DNA of 64,000 nucleotides from Octopus sinensis (lineage: Eukaryota), in the NCBI RefSeq assembly GCF_006345805.1, contig NC_042999.1, forward strand, positions 157,480,001-157,544,000. Reading direction: 5' to 3'. A program made the position numbers and the translations under genes. Below the pieces are notes generated by a model. That model worked only from the letters and a program-made list of their open reading frames with translations. It had not been told where the DNA came from and did not search any database. Below are positions 11,600 through 23,834 of this stretch, piece by piece (the stretch's first letter is position 1; the number at the start of each line of letters is the position of its first letter).

Positions 11600-12355
11600 A
11601 TAATGAAATGATGATGGGGTGGGGTGGGGTATACTGTTTTTGTAAGTGGATACTTTTAATTTTAACATATGTTAATGGAGATAAGACTATCATTCTGGCT
11701 GGTAAATAGCCCTGCTCAATATGCAGAAAAGGAGTGGGACGTAATTCCATTTGTTGCACCAAGCATAAGCTGATGCATAAGAGATGCAGTGGAATCATAG
11801 GTAGGTTAACAGATAGGGTCACTTTCGTGTGTGGCAAATGCACAGGAACAATAAGAGCGTGAGAGACTTAAACTCTCACAAATGCACAGGAGGCTCTCCT
11901 GAGATAGTAGATAGTTTCTGCTATTTAAGTGACCAAATTAGCAATGGTAGCGGATGTTCTGAAAGTGTTGTTTTTAAAATAAGAATAGGATGGAGGAAGT
12001 TCAGAAACTACTACCTTTGTTTGCAGCAAAAGGACTCTCTCTCAGAGTGAAAGAGTAAATTGTATAATGCTTGTGTGAGAACAGCTATGTTACATTGTAG
12101 TGAGACATGGGTTATGACTGTGGAGGAAATGAGTAGACAGGAATGAAGGTAGTATGCTCCGTTGGATTTGTAACATCAGTGTGCATGACCAACAAAGCAC
12201 AACTATGTTGAGAGAAAAGCTAGGCATAAGAGGGATTAAATGTGGTATGCAGGTGAGGAGAATGCATTGGTTTGGACATGTGATGCGTATGAGTGAAGAC
12301 AGCTGTATGCAGGTGCTTGTCACTCAAAGTGACACCTGTGGAAGAGGGAGACTCA
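11600..12355 (+). mobile_element. Decayed RTE LINE fragment
   Basis: RIGWRKFR, MLRWICNISV, RRMHWFGHVMRM, GRGR motifs. Confidence 0.8.
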
Positions 12356-13545
12356 GGGAGTTCCGTAGTGGGGATACAAATCTTGAAGATGAAAGTGGCA
12401 GAAGTCATCCATCTGCAATTGGCAACCAACATCTGAAAACACTAGTTGAACAAAACCCATGTCAGAGTCTTCAGAGAAATGTCTCAGCATTTCTACAATA
12501 TTGGATCATCTCAAGAAAATTGGCAAGGTGAAAAAAATAAACAGGTTCCACATGAACTCTGTAAAAGTCAAAGAGCTTGACATTTTGAAGTATATCCAAT
12601 GATCCATTTCTTGATGGAATAGTGACTTGTGATGGAAAACGGATCATCATCATCATCATTGTTTAACGTCCGCTTTCCATGCTCGCATGGGTTGGACGGT
12701 TCAACTGGGGTCTGGGAAGCTCGAAGGCTGCACCAGGCCCAGTCAGATCTGGCAGTGTTTCTACAGCTGGATGCTCTTCCTAATGCCAACCACTCCGTGA
12801 GTGTAGTGGGTGCCTTTTATGTGCCACCAGCACGGAGGCCAGGCGATGCGGTGCTGGCTACGGCCACATTCGAATGGTTCTCTTATGTGCCACCGGCGCT
12901 GGTATCACAACTACAAATTCCATCATGACAATCATAAACAATTGCCTCAATGGCTTGATCATGATGAAACACTTTCCCAAACTGAAATTGTATGAACAGA
13001 AGATTATGGAAATCGTCTGGTTTGCTATTGGTATTGTCCATTACAGCTTTCTGGAATCTAACCAGAGAATCACTGTGGGAATTTACTGGCAGCAGCTGGA
13101 TGAAATGCAGGTTCAGTTAAGCAAAATGCATCTGGCACTGGCTAAACGATGAGGTCCAATTCTGCATCATGACAATGCTTGGCCATATATTGCCAGGATG
13201 ATACAGCAGAAGATCACTGACTTAGGATGTGAGACTTTGCCACATCCTCCATATTTTCCTGATCTCTCACCCACTGACTACCATTTTTTCAAGCATATGG
13301 ACACTTCTTTAAACTAAAAAACATTCCATCCCAAAGGAGAACTAGAAAGTGCATTTAAAGATTTCCTGGCATCAAAACCTTCAGAGTTTTATCATACAAG
13401 CATAAATAACCTTGTTATTCGATAGTAGAAATACACAGATGTTCAGGGATCATAGTTTGACTGATTAAAAACATTGTTTAAATTCATTAATTCAGAAATA
13501 AAAGTATATTCCAAAATCAGACATTATTTCCCAAACAACCTGATA
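12356..13545 (+). mobile_element. Mariner (DD34D) transposase remnant, interrupted by an RTE tail
   Basis: FRSGDTNLEDESGR, PHEL, IVTCDG, HHDNA, LPHPPYFPDLSPTDYHFF motifs. Confidence 0.85.
12647..12930 (-). mobile_element. RTE LINE 3' tail inserted in mariner
   Basis: catcatcat..gtttaacgtccgctttccatgc. Confidence 0.85.
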
Positions 13546-13763
13546 TTACCGATTGACAGTTAACTTACTTGTAACGACCCACTCAATAAACTGTTCAGCC
13601 TTTAAAATCTAATTATCTTGTGCAAAAATAAGTATCTCTTGCTAGGTTTTATCCAAAGATGCATTATATTTTCCATTTTGGGGATAAAAGCAGTCTATCC
13701 TAATCCTATTAGTTATCTTTGATAGAAGAACATATGTTAAACAGAATAAGAAATTATTGAAGA

Positions 13764-14119
13764 CTAGCACTATGACCCGGTGTTGCCGGATCATAGTGCT
13801 AGTGCATGCATATACAGCTGCGTGCATGCGCACATACACGCGAGTACTGTCCAAATCTCCGACCAATCACATACAGCTAGCTGGCATTCAATTGGTGTAT
13901 CAAGTTTCAGGCATTTTGATAAAAAATTCACAAAAAAGTCACTTCTATTGATTTTTTAATGGCTTTACGGGGTGACTGGGGAAATGTAAAGATGTGCACG
14001 ACCACCCTTGGACGGTTTTGAATGACCATAGAAAGTGCAAGCCCTCTCACTGAAAAATTGTGGCTTTATATAAATGACACACACACAGACAGACATTTTG
14101 CCGTTTATATATAGAGAGA
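13764..14119 (-). mobile_element. Non-autonomous Helitron
   Basis: A|TC 5' end and CTAG|T 3' end. Terminal hairpin ctagcactatga-c-ccgg-tgttg-ccgg-a-tcatagtgctag. Confidence 0.85.
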
Positions 14120-14186
14120 TATATTAGCTTTGAATAGACTGCATAACAATGAACAGAAAGGAAAAATATCTGTAGCTGGTACTTAC

Positions 14187-14264
14187 CCTCGTCCAATTTT
14201 ACAAATAATATCAAACACTTCATCAGGCTGGCGTGCTAAACATTCATCACTCAGTTTGAGCTCA
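14187..14264 (-). CDS. STK3: STK3/4 exon 2: ELKLSDECLARQPDEVFDIICKIGRG
   Basis: ttttcag acceptor and gtaagt donor; 78 nt, phase 2/2. Matches the MST N-terminus (KLSEDSLTKQPEEVFDVLEKLGEG). Confidence 0.9.
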
Positions 14265-14547
14265 CTGAAAACAAATAATAAAAGGATCAATATCCAACAA
14301 TATGTGAAATGATAAAATGATTAACAAACAATAAGTATTTAAAAGAAAGTAAATTGATATGTAGGTGCTTTCATCACAACTGAAACTTAAAATTAGAAAT
14401 AAAAGTTACATAACCATATCGTGCTTATGAGGTGTTTGGCGGGCAATTTAACTGGCCTTGTACATACATGCATATATATGTATGTATGGACGTTCGTATA
14501 ACGTTTGTTCTGCATATATATATATTTGTATTTATGTGCTTTGATAT

Positions 14548-14606
14548 ATTCAACCGATGACGGCAAAGCTTATTAGAAGCAAAGCTAGAAATCCTGGATC
14601 TTGAAT
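14548..14606 (+). ncRNA. Type I minimal hammerhead ribozyme-like motif (U4C variant)
   Basis: Stem I ATTCAA/TTGAAT; core CCGATGA; stem II GGC..GCTT-attag-AAGC..GCT; GAAA; stem III ATCC-t-GGAT; cleavage triplet AUC. Confidence 0.55.
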
Positions 14607-15606
14607 TATTCAGTAATATTTTTGCTAGTCTATTTTGTCCCTCTGTCTTATCTCATGGTGCGATATGAACATTTAACATGGTTTTTAGAGTCAGGGATTT
14701 GACTGCTATTTCGGCATGGTGGTGTCTCTCAGACACCCTTATTTTTAGTTATAACTAGTATAAGAATATTTATTATTGGGGCTTATTTCACTATATTATG
14801 TCTTTGCAAAGAAGCATAACGCCTTTGACTACTTACTATTTTTTTTTCTTCTTCATCAAATGAAGAGATAATGTTTATCATATTTTCATCATGTAGAATA
14901 AAACTGAAGGAAAAAGCATGTTTATATCATGGCCTACAGCTGCAATTTTTAAGTCAAGGAAAGAAATTTACAATATCATTAGTTGTTGTTTAGGCCCAGG
15001 TTAGCCCTGTTTTATTCTAATACCAATTGAATAACCCATCATTGCCAGGCAATTTTTACGATAGTATATCTTATATAAATTTTTGTTTATTCCATGTCAG
15101 ATCATGCCTTCACCAGCAGATAGGCCTCTTGATAAGGACAGATTTGTGCAATTTTTCACAAAAATACTTCGTTAAGGATTTTTTTCTTTTTTTTAAAATT
15201 ATTTACATGTCTATTCAACCATTTCACATAACTTTATTCATTAGAACTTATTAAAACTTCAGAAGTTCTTATAACTTAGCTTGTTGTTATGCTTTGCTTT
15301 CGTTTGTTTAATAACAATTCCTCCTCCTAATGATTTTGCTTTCATTTTATGATAGACAACTATCACGCAGAAAATGCCAGCTTCCAAATCCTATTTTCTG
15401 ATTAGGTAAAATTGATTAAACTTTAAACCTCAGTAACATTTTTCTGCAATTTTTCTGGAACAAGTAAATAACAAAATCAGATTTAACATAGAAAATTATT
15501 TCAATATACCAAATTTGAAAATTTTAATGTAATTCTAAAATCTCTCAATATGTAACAGCAACAGAGAAAACCCTACAAAAGTAGAGAGACAGACAGTTAT
15601 AGGACA

Positions 15607-17060
15607 CTGGCAGAGCCACCAGGCGTTGCCTGGGAATTAAATTTTTCCTTAGGTAATGGAAGAAAAAAGCAAAATATGTTATAGAGAAATTTGTTATTCT
15701 AAATTCAATTTATTCTTTAATTGAGTAATCAATTTTGAATTCATAATAACAATAATAATAAATTTACCACTTTTATGAAAGGAGATAAATTCTATCACAT
15801 ATGTTTAAGGAAATTATGTAAGAGCATCTGGGTAAACAACATTCTTTGTTTTCTGGTTTGGAGCATAGACAAATAAGTCTTGCAAATTACCTACTCTGGA
15901 GCAACCAACTAAGAAAGCAAGCCAGTAGATTTCAAAGACTGACCATGAGCTTTGTTAATAGACATTGCAAAGCAAAGTCACACTGGGAATTGCATTCATT
16001 TGAACACAAAATGCATGTCTATTGGTTTGATTGGATTTCTTGGAACGAAAACCTCTTCCCCAGAGACACATCTGGTGATGATGGTAGCTTCTGTCACATT
16101 AAGTGATAATGTCTTGACAATCAACCTTGTCCCATCGTATAATTTAGGAGAATTTAAATTTCTTAGAAGCATTACTGGGACTCCTACCTTCAGAAAAAGT
16201 TTATGTGGAGGAATTCCGGGTGGCTTAAGAAAATTAAAAAACTCTGTTGACTAATGGACGGCTTGATTTTCATCATGGACTGAATCAACTGATTTGCACT
16301 TCTTAATGACTGTTGGAATCTTATTCATTAATTCATGGTTAATTCTTGCTACTGTCTCATTTTTTGGAGTAAGAATTGTCCTTTCACAAAACCATTTATG
16401 TGAATTATAATTATTACTTAAGTCTGGCAATACCCTGTCCTTCAATTCAGTTGGGGAATTCACCATGATAAAAATATGACCCAAACTAATATCACCATTC
16501 CCATCAAATGGTAGTTACCCATTTCCTAATTGGAGGAGCCAGGTTGAAAACTATTTTGCACTTTAGTATTGAAGGAGAATTTCTGTACTTTATTCCATAG
16601 GTGTGAAGACTTAATGCATGCTTTTATTTGATCAGATCTTGTTCGTCTCAGAATGACTAAAAATGTCTGTCTGAAGTCTCCTGATAAAACTAATGTAACT
16701 CCTCCCATAGATTTATTGTTGCCTCTGATGTCCTGTAAGGTCTTACCAAGAGCTTCTATTGCACCTCTATGTGACATGGTGCATTCAACCCAAATGATAA
16801 GGTGGCATTGGCACAACACTTCTGCTGAGCCTGAATCTTTGCTTATGTTACAAATTGGACTGTCACTTGTGACTAGGTTTAGTGATTATTTAAAAGCAGA
16901 ATGAACTGTTTGTCCTCCTGGGAGAACGGTGACAGCAAAGCCAGACAATGGTACAGCAGCTGCAATTTTTTTTTGTGTTACCTTACTTTGGAGAGAAACA
17001 ATGTTACAAATGTTTTACCTGTGTCACCAGGTAAAATCTGATGATTGTGGAATTCCACGC
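15607..17060 (-). mobile_element. Helitron Pif1-type helicase remnant with degenerate 3' end
   Basis: GGVTLVLSGDFRQ, ERTILTPKNE, PPHKLFLKVGVPVMLLRNL, FAMSINKAHGQS motifs. Hairpin cccaggcaacgcctgg then CCAG|T at 15607. Confidence 0.85.
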
Positions 17061-17529
17061 GCGCACACACACACATAGAGTATCAAACAGATGAATTGGA
17101 TGTGTGTGAGAGAGAGAGAGTGGGTGAAGGGGTGTGTTGTTATGTATTTGTACATACATAAATACATATGCATACATCTTTCTTATATGTATGTGTGTGA
17201 GAGAAAGAGAGAGAGTGCCATTTGGACATCACTCTCTCTCTCTCTCTCTCTCAAACACACACACATACATACATAAAATATGTATGTACAAATACATAAC
17301 AACACACCCCTTCACTCACACTCACACACACCATAAATAAATGTATACAAACGCACATACAAAAACACTTGTGCATTGGTGACTCATTAAAAATAAATAG
17401 AGCTGAACATGGCATGAAAAAGAAAATAAAAAAATGTTTATGTAAATTAACAAAGGGTGCAAGTTCCAGTTAAATAATGCACATATGTTTTGAATGCCCC
17501 ATGTTGAATCGCAAAATTTTAATGTGATA

Positions 17530-17568
<39 letters not shown>

Positions 17569-17970
17569 AAATATTGCAAACAGTGAATGAGATGGACACG
17601 GAATGAAAAAATCGCATAAATAGAAGCATAAATTGAAAACTACCTTGTACTGAATATTTAAATTTGTGAACTTAGTAAATAATCGTTTCAGTAGTTTATC
17701 GTAGGTGTTTAGAAATAGCGAATTAAATCATCATCATCATTTAGCGGATGATACACAATACACCGGAAAATATAAGACTAAATAATTGTACATACTATAC
17801 AAAGCAGGTTCACACATCTACATACAAATATTTGCATGTATAGATCCAAGATAAGTCAATTTTGATTGTACATACTGTACCAAGCATTTTCACTCTTCTA
17901 CATACAAATACCTGCATGTATAGATGAAAGATATGGCAGTTTTAAATTCGCTCATGACAATCACCGTGTA

Positions 17971-18335
17971 TCATCATCATCATTTAGCGTCCGCTTTCCA
18001 TGCTAGCATGGGTTGGATGGTTCAACTGGGGTCTGTGAAGCCAGAAGGCTGCATCAGGCCCAGTCTGATCTGGCAGTGTTTCTACGGCTGGATGCCCTTC
18101 CTAACGCCAACCACTCCGTGAGTGTAGTGGGTGCTTTTTACGTGCCACTCGCACAGGTGCCAGACGGAGCTGGCAAACGGCCACGGACGGATGGTGCTTT
18201 TTACGTGCCACCGGCATGGGGGCCAGGTGAGGCTGGCAAACGGCCACGATCGGATGGTGCTTTTTACGTGCCACGCGAGGCTGGCAACGGCCACGAATGG
18301 ATGGTGCCTTTTACGTGCCACCGGCACGGAGGCTT
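17971..18335 (-). mobile_element. RTE LINE 3' tail copy
   Basis: Same tail family, with internal ~57-bp repeats. Confidence 0.85.
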
Positions 18336-18844
18336 GAAATGAAAACATTAAAATTAGGCAGGGACAGACTTCGCAGTTTTTATGCCAATAGCAGAAGTTG
18401 ACATTGAGAAACCTTTTTACAGAAGTGAATCTAATCTAATAATATTCCAAGGTATATTTGTTGAGATTTTCATTAAGAAATATCCATTTTCTTGAAAGTT
18501 AAAGATAAATTGAAGTAGACGCCAGTGAATCTTCAGAAATTAAGCACCCCCTCCTAAAACACTTACGTAAGTGGGTAAATATGTGTATATTTATGTGGAG
18601 ACTTTAGTAGGTTTTTGAATGTAAAGGCACTTCAAGCATGCTGGGGATAGACTATTCTTGCCCTTGTCTTCTTAATATAATTATATACATATATATTTTA
18701 TTATTAATTTAATATCTAAATTGACTGTAAATTTTCATAGCTTGCTGACTACCTGATAAAATTCATTCACATGATTTTATCCTCATATTCTATTATGAAT
18801 TAATACCCTCTCTCTCTTTCGGAGAGGCACTGAGCAGCTATACG

Positions 18845-18990
18845 CACACATACACACACGGCAGTAGCTCCCGCCTACCGAATTCAATCACAAAGCTTCG
18901 GTCGACTCGGGGCTATAGTGGAAGACACCTACCCAAAGTGCCACACAGTGGGACTGAACCCGAAACCATGTAGCTAGGAAGCAAGCTCCC
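18845..18990 (-). mobile_element. Partial tRNA SINE family A
   Basis: ..gggctatagtggaagacac..agtgggactgaacccgaaaccatg. Confidence 0.75.
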
Positions 18991-19443
18991 TAAATTATTT
19001 TTACTCCTGACCAGAATAACATTTACTGTGTGGCTATTCTTGTATTATACACGTTGATTGTCATGACGAGATTTGAAATTGACTTATCTTGGATCTAAAC
19101 GTGCAAATATTTGTATGTGAGTAAATATGAAAATGCTTTGTATGTTATGTATGAGTATTTGGACATATATTTGCCCATATATTATGTTCACGACACAAGA
19201 AATGCTATTTTTGGCCTTACTCCAGAAATTGGAACAAATTCAGTTAACATGAAGTCTTTTTAATATTCCTTCACAGGCCCAGTTCAACCATGTGTATATT
19301 TATGAGGAGATTTTCATAGTTTTTTTATGGTATTGGCACTTCAATAAATATTGGACTCATTTTTCCCCGTGTATTGTGTTGACGAAGCAAAAAAGCATAT
19401 TTTTGTCTGTAATACTGAAAGTGGGACCAATTCACAGCTAATA

Positions 19444-19652
19444 GGAGGCAGAAATGTTAGCAAGCCAGGCGAAATTCTTATTGCTATTTCGTCTGTCTTT
19501 ATGTTCTGAGTTCAAATTCTGTCGAGGTTGACTTTGCCTTTCATCCTTTCAGAGTCAATAAATTGAGTACCATTCACATACTGGGGTCGATCTAATCGAC
19601 TGGCACCCCCACCCCACCCAGTTTTGGGCCTTGTGCCTAGAGTAGAAAAGAA
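19444..19652 (+). mobile_element. SINE family B
   Basis: Family core present. Confidence 0.8.
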
Positions 19653-19773
19653 TATACATTCACTAGCCCACTTTCAGACATGTTTAAATTTATGTGGATA
19701 TTTTCATCGTTTTTGAAGGTATCGGCACTTCAAGCATGCTGGAGATAGGTCACTGTTACCATTGCTCCCTTAA

Positions 19774-20725
19774 TCTCTATATCTATAAACGGCAAAATGT
19801 CTGTGTATCTGTGAGTCCTTCATACAAATCTACAGTTTTTCACATAAAAGGCTCGCATTTTCTATGGGCTTTCAGAACTGTCTGTGGGTGATCGTGAAGC
19901 TCTTTTCATTCCCCCAGTCACTCCAGAAAGCCATTAAAAAAAAAAAAAAAATCGATAAACCCTTATACCCATAAGTTATGGGCATATCCATTCAAAATCG
20001 CTAAAACATAGAAATTTGTAAGCAGTGCATGCGTACAACTAGATACGCCAATAGACTGCCAGCTGTTTTTTGATTGGACGGAGATAATTTTACCCTTGAC
20101 AGTTGAATGCATGTGTGCATTTGCAGACAGTCTGTATGGCTCAGTGCATTTTTGTGAAGACGTGTTATCATGTATTTTGGCTTTCAAACGTGCACACTTT
20201 TGTGATTTGAGAAACACAGGGAATAATTAACGAGTTAGATCAAGTGAATGACAAGAGAGCAGGATTTTCATGGAAGACCAAATATGCTTGATATGCTATC
20301 ATTCCTTAAGTATGTCCTAAAAGAGTTGGATCCTATTCAATGAATCTATTTAGGAAGGGCTTTGCTTTTACCCCTTCTGTAAGGTTAGTCTAGGTTTTAG
20401 TTGAAGGCTTAGTTGTGTTCCAAACCTAACCTCCTCTGTTTCAGTGGATCGAGAGCCCAATTAGCCTTCCAGTGAAAGGCATACCTATTATTTATACCTT
20501 AGTTAACCTTGATGTCTTACGTGCTTCTATGCGTCATGAACTTATAACTATTCATCTTACTGCGTTACTTGCTTCAATGCTTCATACTCATAAAATCACT
20601 TTGAATGCGGTTTTTTGTGCTCTAATTGCTCTGCCTTTTTGCCGGAATCAGCTCTTTTCTTCCCACCTTTGCTATTCACTCATAGGACAGGGAGGTTAGG
20701 TGAGGAGGGGATGTTAAAGTGCTAG
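19774..20725 (+). mobile_element. Non-autonomous Helitron inserted in an array unit
   Basis: 5' end tctctatatctataaacggcaaaatgtctgt is shared with the element at 13764-14119. It ends in CTAG|T, and removing it restores cttaa|tataattatatacat as seen in the unit at about 18670. Confidence 0.8.
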
Positions 20726-21371
20726 TATAATTATATACATATGTATATTATTGCATGTGCAACTTGATCACATCTGCCAGTCAAACTCTCAACCCAACCA
20801 TTCCCGTCGCGACACTGATTGCACAGAACCGGGTTGGGTGTGAAACCAAAACTCAACAAACGAGATTTATGTGTATTTTCAAAATCATGCTATTTTGCAG
20901 CCAAATTTGAGTTTTACGCTTTCTTCTGCCTCCTTTTTTGTCCGAGTAATGGCATGTGCACGGTCCCGCTAATTTTCCAAGATTATGCCGTTCCAGGTGT
21001 GAAAACCGAAGTCCAATGAATATTAATTACTCTCATAAAAAGCTCCAACTAGCTCATAAACAACAAAACTGGCCCAGGCTGAAATGTGATAAGAAACTTA
21101 GCTCTTGATTTAATGAGAAATTTTTACTGCGACCCGGCAACATTATTTTATCATTATATTCTATTATGAATGAATAAAAGAAGAAATTGAAATAATTATT
21201 TTTACTCCTGACCGGATAGCATTTACTACTTGACTATTCTTATAATATACACGGTGATTGTCATGAGCGAATTTAAAACTGCCATATCTTTCATCTATAC
21301 GTGCAGGTATTTGTATGTAGACGAGTGAAAATGCTTGGTACAGTATGTGCAATCATTTGGAATTATATATA

Positions 21372-21603
21372 TTTCTTTACTGCGCAGAAGGGGCTAAACA
21401 TAGAGAGGACAAACAAGGACAGACGAAGGGATTGAGTCGATTATATCGCCCCCCTCCCCCAGTGCGAAACTGGTACTTTATTTATCGACCCCGAAAGGAT
21501 GAAAGGCAAAGTTGACCTCGGCGGAATTTGAACTCAGAACGTAACGACAGACGAAATACCGCTAAGCATTTCGTCCGACGCGCTTACGTGTCTGCCAGCT
21601 CGC
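21372..21603 (-). mobile_element. SINE family B
   Basis: Family core present. Confidence 0.85.
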
Positions 21604-22424
21604 TTCGTGTATTGTGTTGTGTTGATTAACGTGATAAGAATTAACGTGATGTCTTTTTAATATTCTTTCAATAGCCTGCTTTCAGCCATGTGTATATTTA
21701 TCTAGAGTTTTTGGTAGTTTTTTTAAGGTATCTGCACTGCAAGCATGCTGGAGGTAGGTCGTTTTCACCCTTGCTCCCTTAATATAACTACATACTTATG
21801 TATATTATTAATAATTTAATGTATAAATTGCCTATAAATTTTTATAGCTTGCTAAACTACCTGATAAAAATCATTAATGTGATTTTTATCCTTAAATTCT
21901 ATTTTAAATTAATAAATAAAATAAAATAAAATAATTTGATTATTTTTACTCCCTGCCTGAATAGTAATTACTGCTTAGCTATTCTTATAATATACAAGTT
22001 AGCTCTCATAAGGGGATTTAAAATTGACTTATCTTGGATCTATACATGCAAATATTTGTATGTAGACACGTGAACCTGCTATGTATAGTATGTACAATTA
22101 TTTGGTCTTATATTTTCCCGTGAATTGTGTGGACGAAAGAAGAATGCATGTTTATAGAAAATTTTATTAAAAAGTATCCATTTTCTGGAAGTTATATTGG
22201 AACAAAGGAGGGCACCAATGTAGGTATACCTTAAATATTATATTTTGTGATGTTATTCTATGGACTTTTAACAATATGAAATGATTAATTAGTAAGTAAA
22301 AATATTTACTTACTAGTTATTGAGATAAGTGTTTATAATAGTGAAAAATCATGGGTAGGAGAGGTATTGGTGTCAAGAAGACCCAGAAGATGTCAGGTAA
22401 CGCTAGTAAGTACTATGGATAGAC

Positions 22425-22625
22425 CAGTGGTTTTCAACCAGGGTTCCGCCAGTACAGTCCAGGGGTTCTGCAAGAAGTTACAAAACTGCTAAAATCGGCA
22501 GTAATTTTTAAGTCTCCTGTGCAGATATGTGTGCATAAGACTATTAAATTATTGCACAGGGGTTCCTCGAACCAGTGGAATGTTTCCTTGGGGTTCCGCT
22601 CCAGCAAAAAGGTTGAAAAGCACTG
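22425..22625. mobile_element. hAT (Buster/Charlie-type) MITE, 201 bp
   Basis: CAGTG...CACTG termini; 8-bp TSD ggatagac with central TA. Confidence 0.9.
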
Positions 22626-23262
22626 GGATAGACCATGGTTAAGCTCCAGGTTTGATAATGATACGAGTGAGGAGTCCAAAGAGGGTCCTGTATTAGCATG
22701 CATATATATATAAATTGACAGAATGAGATAAAAAATCCAAGGCTGTGAATAGTTTTCAGAACATTTATAAAGAGAAAGTCTTAACAGCTGTTTCTGGGAT
22801 ATTTCATATATCCCTTTATCAGAGACGGTGCGAGAAAATGTTTGAGTATTAATTATTGCAGGTAATGTTAAAAATAACAACATAGATTTAACAGTTTTTT
22901 TTATTTTCACCATCAATTGTTATAAGACAATTTAAAATCTTTCCTACCATCAATTGTTAAAATCATGGCTTTCCTTGACAAAAATGCCATATTTTGCATA
23001 AAACATTTAGTTTTTCAAATGAACTCCATTTTGACACAAACTGTAAAACTAAAGCTTTCATATGCTATATACAATATAGTTGAGGTTTTTCTATACGATG
23101 CTCAAGTCCTTCCTACACATCTCACACAACCACTGCACTAACGATCTTAAGGGGTCTACCACAAATAATACTTCATTTACATGTTTACACATACCACAAT
23201 AAAATAAATGAACATTTAATGAATAAAGTTATGAACTAATCTAACATATATCAGATTCTAGC

Positions 23263-23383
23263 CTTAGAAACATTGCCAGATCAGACTGGGCCTGGTGCAG
23301 CATTCTGGCTTCCCAGACCCCAGTTGGACCGTCCAACCCATGCTAGCATGGAAAGCGGACGCTAAACGATGATGATGATGATG
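23263..23383 (+). mobile_element. RTE LINE 3' tail copy
   Basis: agaaacattgccagatcagac...gatgatgatg. Confidence 0.85.
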
Positions 23384-23425
23384 AGACAGCAAACTAACCA
23401 ATGTACATATTTATGTAAAGGAGTA

Positions 23426-23755
23426 CTAGTTGCAAAACCCGGCAAAATAGGCTATTCCAACTGTCCCGGTATCGTAACCTATTCGAATACTCTTGTCTCC
23501 TGTTATTATACAAGTGATAGACATATCATTATATTATATTAAATTTATCAAAAAATCCTTAAAATATTTCTAAAATTCCATTAAAATCCTTTTTTATGTA
23601 TTCGTTATTCCAAATTTCATTAAATATCATCTATGTCAAGAGTTTATACACAAAACTTTGCAAAATAAAATTTGGGGGATCATTAAATGAAATTTTCGTT
23701 AAACAAAATTTTCATTAAATAAGAATTTGACTGTATGTATGTGTGTGTGTATAGA
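23426..23755 (-). mobile_element. Probable non-autonomous Helitron
   Basis: A|TCTATACACAC 5' end and CTAG|T 3' end, with a weak hairpin. Confidence 0.55.
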
Positions 23756-23834
23756 TTCAGATGAATATGGTAACTAAGTTGAGGCACCATAATTTAGTAC
23801 GGTATTATCCATACAATTTCAAAATGAAGTAATT

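Larger units (their letters stand above)
18440..22200. repeat. Diverged tandem array of ~0.5-kb units, interrupted by SINEs and a Helitron
   Basis: Anchor gcact(t/g)caagcatgctgg at 18627, 19725 and 21734 (partial at 19336); anchor ttatttttactcc at about 18995, 21196 and 21940. Confidence 0.8.

Noticed and set aside
22290-22315. Perfect 11-bp hairpin tagtaagtaaa-aata-tttacttacta
   Set aside because: Short and very AT-rich; plausible by chance or slippage.
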